Position numbers and translations under genes: made by a program
Assembly (NCBI GenBank): GCA_016839765.1
Contig: JAEOTP010000052.1
Coordinates: forward strand, 1-24,991
DNA length: 24,991 nucleotides
Source: Promethearchaeota archaeon
GTDB taxonomy: Archaea > Asgardarchaeota > Lokiarchaeia > Sigyniarchaeales > SOKP01
Direction: 5' to 3'
Shown here: positions 1-7,040 of the stretch, one piece after another
How the letters are laid out: each line of letters begins with the position of its first letter
How positions within the stretch are numbered: position 1 is the first letter of the stretch
Notes under the pieces: generated by a model
Database searches by the model: none
What the model was told of the DNA's origin: nothing
Seen by the model: only the letters and a program-made list of their open reading frames with translations

Positions 1-399
1 GAATATGGACACACGGCTGATGCAGTTATTCAAGATGATAATCAAAATATAATATTAATTAAAAGAAAATATGCTCCTTTTAAAGGAAAATATGCACTTC
101 CTGGTGGTTTTATTAAATATAATGAAGATCCTAAACAAGCAGTAATCAGAGAAGTTAGAGAAGAGACTAATCTTGCGGTAGAAATTATAAATAAGATTGG
201 AGTATACGATCAGAAAGGTCGTGATCCCCGCGGTAAGATTGTATCAACAGCATTCAAATGTCGCCTTGTGCGAGATCTTTCAAGAATGGTAGGCGGAGAT
301 GATGCAGCTACTGCTGAAGCAATACCAATTAATAAGATTAGAACTATGGATTTAGCATTTGATCATAAGAAAATTCTTAAAGATGCAGGTATTTTTTAA
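1..399 (+). CDS. Nudix hydrolase, ADP-ribose pyrophosphatase-like (5' truncated by window edge)
   Basis: Not in ORF track. Frame 1 reads EYGHTADAVI...YALPGGFIKYNEDPKQAVIREVREETNL...GRDPRG...GGDDAA...LAFDHKKILKDAGIF* (TAA 397-399). It has a Nudix box plus the RDPR / GDDA / LAFDH motifs of the ADPRase-like subfamily. Confidence 0.9.
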   Translation, partial: EYGHTADAVIQDDNQNIILIKRKYAPFKGKYALPGGFIKYNEDPKQAVIREVREETNLAVEIINKIGVYDQKGRDPRGKIVSTAFKCRLVRDLSRMVGGDDAATAEAIPINKIRTMDLAFDHKKILKDAGIF

Positions 400-519
400 A
401 AAACAAAATCTAATTTTTATTTTAATTTCTTTTGTTTAATTAAAACCAGATAAGCTCTATTTTGATGAGTTAGATCTATTTTTAAAAATAATTTATTAAG
501 TAAAAAAAATAGAATTAAA

Positions 520-2151
520 TTATTTTTTTATCTTTCCTTTACTTCTTTTCTTTTCTATTATCTCCTTCTCTAAATCATGTGCAAATTTTATGATATAATT
601 ATAGATATTTTCTTTAAATTTATCAAATTCCATAGGATCAAATTCTTGTCCAAGTTCTCGATTAATATTTAAGTTTTCTAAATCTTCCCATCTTAAATTA
701 ACTCCTAAGACAGGCGTAATTTCAATGTTGAGTTTACGTGCTATTTTTAGTTCATTCATGCAATCTTCTGAATTTAAAGAATTTTCTGTAGAGAAAAAGA
801 TCAAAAGTTGACACCGTGGTACGGTCTTTTTCATCCAGTCGTCTATATTTCCCGTAAGATCTTCTTCGCAAAAGTACACATGATTGATTTCTGGATAAGA
901 TTCCAAATATTTAGCTATTTCGCCAATTCTATATTTATTGAAATCGTCTACAGCATGGCTAATAAACACTCGGATTCCTCTTACTTTTAATTTTCTCCGT
1001 TTAACTATATAAATAACTCCTACTATTGCTAAGATTATTAAGCCAATAAGACCAATCAACCTTGTATAATAACCTAAACTGATTGCTTGGGTCGGAATAC
1101 TTCTATCAATTAAATAGAGTTTGTTAGCTAATGCTGTTGCTATATAATTACAATCGGCACTTATCGCAACATATCCTCCACTATTGATTTCAGATTGAGA
1201 CCATAATGGATTTTGTTCTGATTTGTGAAAACAATATGTAATTTCAATACCTCCCACTGCTACATAATCACCATTCAAGCATAAAGAAACTGACATTATT
1301 TCAGTATTAGTTTTATAGTCCCATAACGGAGTAGAACTTGAATTTTGAAAAAAGTATACATGTTCATCTTTTCCCCCTGCAGCTATATAACGTCCATCAG
1401 AAGATATATCTACTGAAATTATTTGGTCATAAGCAGAATGAATCCACATAGGAGTAGAACTGGATCTTTCAAATAAATAAACATTATCGTCCCATGAACC
1501 CGCAACTATATAATTTCCATTAGAACTTATAGCCACCGAAGCTGCTTTCTGAGTCAAAGCATAATTTTGTTCAGGTAAAGAACTGGTTTTGTTAAACCAA
1601 TAGATGCCATTATCACTTCCAGCAACAAAGTAGTTTCCATCAGAGGAGATAGCTAATGTTTCCACAACTATTCCTGCTGAACTATTCCATAGAGGAGTGG
1701 AACTAGATCTATCAAAAAAATAAATCTCACCGTCTTCACATCCAGCTACAATATAATTTCCATCAGATGAAATTGCGACTGAACAGACATCACTTCCCGT
1801 TGTATTAATCCATATTGGAGTTGAACTAGCCTTATTAAATAAGTATACTCTCTTATCTCTACTTCCAGCAACTATATAGTTCCCATCAGATGAAATTGCT
1901 ACTGACTTAACCTCGAGATTCGCTTCACAGGTCCAGACTGGTTCTGACCTCGATTTTTCAAAAAAATAGAGATTATGGTTAATATGTCCAGCTACTATAT
2001 AGTTTCCATCAGATGAAATTGCTATAGATGTAAAGCCAGATTCTGTATGATAGAACCATGAAGCTAAAGGTAGCATAAGTGGTATGAATTGTATAATGAG
2101 GAGTGCAATAATATATAAACATACTATTAAGATTTTTGTCCGTTTCTTCAC
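520..2151 (-). CDS. Membrane protein: N-terminal TM/signal anchor, 8 WD40/PQQ-like repeats, TM, C-terminal TIR domain
   Basis: GTG start with AGGTG SD-like motif upstream. MKKRTK + hydrophobic segment aa 7-29; 8 repeats of W...S[VI]AISSDGNYIVAG...YFF (aa ~32-350); TM aa ~365-383 followed by KRRKLK; TIR signature RVFISHA...LLIFFSTENSLNSEDCMNELKIA...ITPV. Confidence 0.88.
   Translation of the reverse strand: MKKRTKILIVCLYIIALLIIQFIPLMLPLASWFYHTESGFTSIAISSDGNYIVAGHINHNLYFFEKSRSEPVWTCEANLEVKSVAISSDGNYIVAGSRDKRVYLFNKASSTPIWINTTGSDVCSVAISSDGNYIVAGCEDGEIYFFDRSSSTPLWNSSAGIVVETLAISSDGNYFVAGSDNGIYWFNKTSSLPEQNYALTQKAASVAISSNGNYIVAGSWDDNVYLFERSSSTPMWIHSAYDQIISVDISSDGRYIAAGGKDEHVYFFQNSSSTPLWDYKTNTEIMSVSLCLNGDYVAVGGIEITYCFHKSEQNPLWSQSEINSGGYVAISADCNYIATALANKLYLIDRSIPTQAISLGYYTRLIGLIGLIILAIVGVIYIVKRRKLKVRGIRVFISHAVDDFNKYRIGEIAKYLESYPEINHVYFCEEDLTGNIDDWMKKTVPRCQLLIFFSTENSLNSEDCMNELKIARKLNIEITPVLGVNLRWEDLENLNINRELGQEFDPMEFDKFKENIYNYIIKFAHDLEKEIIEKKRSKGKIKK
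1102..2058 (-). repeat. Intragenic tandem beta-propeller repeats, 8 x ~40-41 aa (~123 nt)
   Basis: Repeats 1-3 share the nucleotide core ccatcagatgaaattgc on the + strand (near 1760, 1883 and 2006). The protein core AISSDGNY recurs with variation in all blades. Confidence 0.85.
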
Positions 2152-2229
2152 CTAAAAGCACCTGAATTTAGTTAAAAATTTCCTAAAACATTTTTTGGAT
2201 ATTCATTTAGTAATTAATATTTGTATATG

Positions 2230-2255
2230 TTGTAAATCTTTATAAATCTTTACAA
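2230..2255 (-). promoter_or_regulatory. Putative TATA box inside an imperfect palindrome upstream of the TIR receptor gene
   Basis: TTGTAAA-tc-TTTATAAA-tc-TTTACAA. The outer 7-mers are inverted repeats and the centre is TATA-like; it lies ~80-100 nt upstream of the GTG at 2151. Confidence 0.35.
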
Positions 2256-2340
2256 AATTGTACGTATATACCTTCTAAAATGGCAAAAGATGAGGAAAAA
2301 TTCAGATATTTTATCAATAATTCTTATTATAATTATTACT

Positions 2341-2856
2341 TTATGCTAACTTTTCAGGTCTTACTATACAAGGTTCTTGGGGTTGTTTATGTGCTTTTCT
2401 TTTTGTCATTCTATTTTCTCTCCTTTTTTTTGCCTCCTCATAACGTTTCTTTTCCTCTTCAGTTTCAGTTATGAGTTGCGGAATTGGAATTGGAATATCT
2501 TCTTGATTTAAAGCTACGAAAGTTAGATAAGCTGATGCAATATGCGTATGTCTGCCTGTCTTTAAACATTCTGCTTCAACTCTGACTCCCACTTCCATAG
2601 AAGTTCTGCCAACATAATTTAAAGATGCTTTGGCGAATACTAAATTTCCCACATATGCTGGAGATATAAATGACATGCTATCAACGCTCGCGGTTACGAC
2701 ATTTCTATGTGTATGGCGAGCAGCCACAATAGCTCCTGCTTGATCTATTAATTTGAGAATATTACCTCCATGAACATTTCCAGCGGGATTTGCATGTTCT
2801 GGATACATTACTTGGGCAAGTTCAACTTTGGATTCAGATACTGGTTTTTGTTCCAT
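2341..2856 (-). CDS. Acyl-CoA thioesterase (hotdog fold, YciA-like)
   Basis: Motifs ANPAGNVHGGNILKLIDQAG, VVTASVDSMSF, VGRTSMEVGVRVEAE and AYLTFVAL. Confidence 0.93.
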   Translation of the reverse strand: MEQKPVSESKVELAQVMYPEHANPAGNVHGGNILKLIDQAGAIVAARHTHRNVVTASVDSMSFISPAYVGNLVFAKASLNYVGRTSMEVGVRVEAECLKTGRHTHIASAYLTFVALNQEDIPIPIPQLITETEEEKKRYEEAKKRRENRMTKRKAHKQPQEPCIVRPEKLA

Positions 2857-3044
2857 TATTATATCTACCTAAAATTGTATTTTCTCATTATTAACCTATA
2901 TATAATATTTATAGTCAAAAAAATTGTCCTTTTAGATTATAATCAAATTAAAAATCTTAAAAGAAAAATTGGTAAATTTAAGATAAAAGTTGTGAATTAA
3001 TTATAGCAACAATTTTAAATGAAATGTTTATTTATCTTTTATAA

Positions 3045-3063
3045 TAATTTTGAATAATTATTC
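3045..3063. promoter_or_regulatory. Palindromic operator candidate (GAATAATTATTC) upstream of osmC-like gene
   Basis: Perfect 12-bp palindrome at 3052-3063, 18 nt before the ATG at 3082. The same motif occurs at 15025-15036 and, with 1 mismatch, at 17051-17062. Confidence 0.5.
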
Positions 3064-3081
3064 TTTTAAAAGTGAATAAAA

Positions 3082-3591
3082 ATGCCAAGTTTTAAAGAAA
3101 CATATGAAGCCATCAAGGCTGATTGGAACGCAGGGGAGAAAAACTTTAACATTGAATGTGAAATGTTGCCTGATGGAATGCAAGTAAACTGTAAAATGGG
3201 AAATCCTGCTGGAGAGCCTTTTGAATTACTCATAGACGCTCCAGGTGGATTAGATGGAACTAATAAAGCACCTTCTCCTTTATTAGTAATTTTATCCTCT
3301 ATTGGTGCTTGTATTATAGCAGTTACTAAATTTTGGGCCAAAATAATGGATATTGATATCCAAGAACTGAAAGTTTTTTCTCGTGGGCATATCAATCTTG
3401 GGGCAATTTTTGGAATTGATGATAATAAACTTGCTGGCTATGATAAACTGGAACCCGTAATAAGAATTAAAGCTGATGCCTCAGAAGAAAAAATTAATGA
3501 ATTAATGGAAAAAGTTTTTACCCATTGCCCTGTTATCACCAATTTTGGTGGAGCGTCTCAAATCCAACCAAAGGTTCAAATCAGAAAGTAG
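3082..3591 (+). CDS. OsmC/Ohr family protein
   Basis: DAPGGLDGTNKAPSPLLVILSSIGAC...HCPV carries both family cysteines and the D-x-P...G...P-S-P motif. Confidence 0.88.
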   Translation: MPSFKETYEAIKADWNAGEKNFNIECEMLPDGMQVNCKMGNPAGEPFELLIDAPGGLDGTNKAPSPLLVILSSIGACIIAVTKFWAKIMDIDIQELKVFSRGHINLGAIFGIDDNKLAGYDKLEPVIRIKADASEEKINELMEKVFTHCPVITNFGGASQIQPKVQIRK

Positions 3592-3597
3592 AATATA

Positions 3598-3622
3598 TAT
3601 TATTCTCTTTTTTTTATTTTCT
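3598..3622 (+). terminator. Oligo-T archaeal-type terminator candidate
   Basis: ttctctttttttttattttc immediately after the osmC stop. Confidence 0.35.
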
Positions 3623-3697
3623 TGTAAAATTTAAATCTCATCCTATTATAATACATTTATAACTATTCGAATAACTAGGTTATAATGGTAGATTAAA

Positions 3698-4135
3698 ATG
3701 GCCGAAGAAATAAATAATTTAACGGAAAAGGAATTTAGAGAGCTTTCTGAAACAGATAAATGGAAGTTACTAGAAACCATAAAAAAACTAATTCACGATT
3801 TAAAAATTAAAGCAGATAAGAACTGTGAAGAATGTGAAAAAAATTTGTTATCTGTTGATGATGTAAATATAGATTTATTTTTTCAAGATTGGCGTTCATG
3901 TGCTGAATATTGTGATGAATGTGGAGAAGAAGAAAAAAGAAATATGTGCCATATTCAATTTGAACTAATGAATCATATTGCAAATACATTACTTGAACTC
4001 CAAAGGAAACAAAATGTACTTACTCAACTATTACTTAAACGGGATGAGACAGGGAGCAAATTGTTAAAAGAATTTATGAAGAAGAAAGAAGATTATGAAA
4101 AAAAGGATGAAGATTCATATGACATATATCAATAA
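3698..4135 (+). CDS. Hypothetical helical Cys-rich protein
   Basis: 145-aa ORF with coding-like composition; CEEC, CAEYCDEC and MCH motifs; coiled-coil-like C-terminus. No family recognised. Confidence 0.75.
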   Translation: MAEEINNLTEKEFRELSETDKWKLLETIKKLIHDLKIKADKNCEECEKNLLSVDDVNIDLFFQDWRSCAEYCDECGEEEKRNMCHIQFELMNHIANTLLELQRKQNVLTQLLLKRDETGSKLLKEFMKKKEDYEKKDEDSYDIYQ

Positions 4136-4153
4136 AAATTATCTTTTTTTTTC

Positions 4154-4999
4154 TTAAAGTAGGGGATATTTGGGGTCTCTTTTCTCGAAAAAAGCACTTG
4201 AAGCTTCTTTTATATCTTGTGAACTAAATGTTAATACAATCGAGCTATTTTCAAGTTGTAGTACATTTTCCAAACTTGGGGAATCCATTGACAAATTAAT
4301 GGCTTGTTTAGTCATTCTTAAGCCTAACGGACTTTTTTTTAGCAATTCTTCTGCGAGTTCCAATGCAGAAGCCAACAGATCATCCTTTTCTACCACTTTA
4401 ATTACTAAACCACTCTTTCTAGCTTCCTTTGCATCAATAATTTTCCCTGTATAGAGGATTTCAGCTGCTTTAGACATACCAATTAACCGAGGAAGAAAAT
4501 AGCTACCTCCTACATCTGCTCCAGATAACCCAATGTTTATTGAAGCATTGATAAATTTTACATCAGTACTAGCAATTCTTATATCAGAAGCCATAGCGAA
4601 TCCAAATCCTCCTCCTGCTGCAGCGCCATGTACTATTGTTATTACTGGTTGACTTATCTTTCTCATCTTCACATAAATTTGGCTAATTCTCCATTGATGA
4701 TACATTTTTCTTTTTATTGGTTCAGACACATTAAGATAATGAAATGAATCATAACCAGGAGGATTTTTCTTAGAGTTTAAGATAAGTCCCTCTTGAAGGT
4801 CCGTACCTGCGCAAAATGCCCGACCCTCTCCTTTAAAAATAAGAACTCTACAATTTAAATTAACCATTAACGAATCCAATAAATTATGTAATTCTTCTTC
4901 CATTTGAAAGGAAATCGCATTTAATTTTTCCGGTCTGTTTAAACTAACTATGCCTATTCCATTTTCCTTTAGTTCAAATTTAATAGTCTTAAAATCCAT
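4154..4999 (-). CDS. Enoyl-CoA hydratase/isomerase (crotonase) family protein
   Basis: LNRPEKLNAI, FCAGTDL, GAAAGGGFGFAMASDIRIA, LPRLIG and SPLGLRMTKQAIN. Confidence 0.95.
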   Translation of the reverse strand: MDFKTIKFELKENGIGIVSLNRPEKLNAISFQMEEELHNLLDSLMVNLNCRVLIFKGEGRAFCAGTDLQEGLILNSKKNPPGYDSFHYLNVSEPIKRKMYHQWRISQIYVKMRKISQPVITIVHGAAAGGGFGFAMASDIRIASTDVKFINASINIGLSGADVGGSYFLPRLIGMSKAAEILYTGKIIDAKEARKSGLVIKVVEKDDLLASALELAEELLKKSPLGLRMTKQAINLSMDSPSLENVLQLENSSIVLTFSSQDIKEASSAFFEKRDPKYPLL

Positions 5000-5122
5000 T
5001 TTATATCTCTTTAATATTAATTAGTATTACTAAAATTTGGCGTGAATTAAAATTTACTTAAAGTAAGCTTTTGATAAATTATCTCAGGATCCATCATCTT
5101 TTGAAAAATAATAAAGATTTAA

Positions 5123-5977
5123 TCATTTTAAGGGATATTTTGGGTCTCTTTTTTCGAAAAAGGATTGCACCCCTTCCATTAAATCATCAGAAACAGAGCA
5201 AAGCATTTGCGTGCGATTTTCTAATTGTATCATCGTTTCCAAACTTGGAGAATCAAGGGATAAATTAATAGCTTGCTTAGTCATACGTAATCCTAAGGGA
5301 CTCTTCTTAAGTAATTCTTCAGCTAACCCAATAGCAGCATTTAATAACTCAGTATCATCAACAACTTTAGATACCAATCCTATTTTTTCTGCTTCTTCAG
5401 CACTAATAAACCGACCAGTATAAAGTATTTCTGCTGCTCTTGACATTCCAATAAGCCTAGGGAGATGATAACTACTAGCTAAATCGGAACCGGAAAAACC
5501 AATATTAATAAATGCATTATTAAATCGCGCTTTTTGACCAGCTATTCGTATATCGGCTGCTAAAGCAAATGCAAAACCCGCTCCTGATGCTGGACCATTT
5601 ATTAATGCTATGATTGGTTGGGAGATTTTTCGCATCTTAACTATAAGTTGACTAGTATACCATTGAGCGTATATCTTGGCTTTTATTGTATCCTTTTCTG
5701 GGACATTAATGAAGAAAAATTTCTCCTTTAATTCTTGAGGTTTCTTTTTCGATTGTAGGATTGTTGACTCTTTTAAATCCAAACCAGCACAAAAAACTCT
5801 TCCTTCAGCTTTCAGAATTAATACACGACAATCTAAATTTATTATCAAATGGTCAAATATTTTATTTAAATCTTCAATCATCTGAAAGGACATAGCATTC
5901 AGCTTTTCAGGCCTATTTAAAGTCAATAACCCAATTCCATTTTCTTTTAATTCAAATTTAATAGTTTCAAAATTCAT
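5123..5977 (-). CDS. Enoyl-CoA hydratase/isomerase (crotonase) family protein, tandem paralog
   Basis: LNRPEKLNAM, FCAGLDL and GPASGAGFAFALAADIRIA. N- and C-termini are nearly identical to 4154..4999. Confidence 0.95.
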   Translation of the reverse strand: MNFETIKFELKENGIGLLTLNRPEKLNAMSFQMIEDLNKIFDHLIINLDCRVLILKAEGRVFCAGLDLKESTILQSKKKPQELKEKFFFINVPEKDTIKAKIYAQWYTSQLIVKMRKISQPIIALINGPASGAGFAFALAADIRIAGQKARFNNAFINIGFSGSDLASSYHLPRLIGMSRAAEILYTGRFISAEEAEKIGLVSKVVDDTELLNAAIGLAEELLKKSPLGLRMTKQAINLSLDSPSLETMIQLENRTQMLCSVSDDLMEGVQSFFEKRDPKYPLK

Positions 5978-6058
5978 ACTTAATCACTTTTTATTTTATA
6001 AAATCTTGTAATTATAATTATTTAATTCACATAAAGAAAAGAATATGTGGTTTTTTAC

Positions 6059-6910
6059 TCATTGCTCATCAAATACTCTTAAAATAGCATCCAATCGCTC
6101 CTTTATTAAATCTTTTATAATAGATTGAGTATGCGTTAAAATGTAAAATTTTTCTTGTCTAATGGCTTGAAAAACAACATCTGCCACCTGTTCAGGTGAT
6201 ATCATGGGCGATTCTGTCAATATTTTTCGGTAAATTTCTACTTCTCTGTCTCGATCGTGGATGTCGATCTTATTCACTTGTTTGTTTTGATACTCTTTCG
6301 GACGGTTTAATTCAGATGTGAAGATCTTTGTATCAACCAACGCAGGACATAAAACAGAAACATTTATTTTTGCTCCTATTTCTTCAAAATTATTCTTTAA
6401 TACCTCAGAAAGGGCAACTATTCCATGTTTAGCAACGCGATATGGTGCACCTCCAGGACCTTTGGACCCTAAACCTTCTATAGAAGCGGTATTCACAATA
6501 TGACATTTAATTTCTTGCTTAAGCATGATCGGCACAAAAACTCGAATACCATAAATTACACCCCATAAATTTACCCCTAATACCCATTCCCAATCTTTTA
6601 AAGTATATTGCCAAGCAAGCCGTGGTAATGCTACACCAGCATTATTAAACAGTAAATGAATTAATTTATAATTTTCAAGTGTCTTTTGAGCTAAATTTTC
6701 AACTTCATTATATTTTGAAACATCAGTTTTTATAGTTAAAACTTCTCCTCTCGCTCTTTGGATTTTTCTTTTAACCCTTTCTAGGCTTTTCTCATTAATA
6801 TCAGCAAGTACTACTTTCATACCCTCTTGAGCGCATTTAATAGCGATCGCTCGGCCGATCCCACTCCCTGCACCTGTGATTACTGCTGTTTTGTTTTTGA
6901 ATTCTTTCAA
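6059..6910 (-). CDS. Short-chain dehydrogenase/reductase (SDR)
   Basis: TGAGSGIG, NNAG, NTAS and catalytic YRVAK (YxxxK). TTG start with GGTGA SD. Confidence 0.95.
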   Translation of the reverse strand: MKEFKNKTAVITGAGSGIGRAIAIKCAQEGMKVVLADINEKSLERVKRKIQRARGEVLTIKTDVSKYNEVENLAQKTLENYKLIHLLFNNAGVALPRLAWQYTLKDWEWVLGVNLWGVIYGIRVFVPIMLKQEIKCHIVNTASIEGLGSKGPGGAPYRVAKHGIVALSEVLKNNFEEIGAKINVSVLCPALVDTKIFTSELNRPKEYQNKQVNKIDIHDRDREVEIYRKILTESPMISPEQVADVVFQAIRQEKFYILTHTQSIIKDLIKERLDAILRVFDEQ

Positions 6911-7040
6911 ATTTTATAGATCACCAATTGTATGAGTAATTTTATTAAGGACTTATCTTTTAAAATTTTAAAATTTTTATAGAATTAAGAAATAAGATAA
7001 TAAAATAAAAATCTGATAATTTTTTTAATGGAGTTTAAAT

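Noticed and set aside
1102-2058. Periodic ~123-nt DNA repeats as a CRISPR array or DGR template/variable repeat
   Set aside because: The repeats are in-frame, degenerate at synonymous sites and explained by propeller blades. No cas or reverse transcriptase gene is in the window.
3899-3922. CAEYCDEC as a radical-SAM CxxxCxxC motif (the missing GRE activase)
   Set aside because: The protein is only 145 aa and helical, lacks the aromatic residue before the third Cys, and has no room for a radical-SAM barrel.
6955-6980. ttttaaaattttaaaa palindrome in the SDR/GRE divergent spacer
   Set aside because: It is A/T-only low-complexity sequence, expected by chance in this background.
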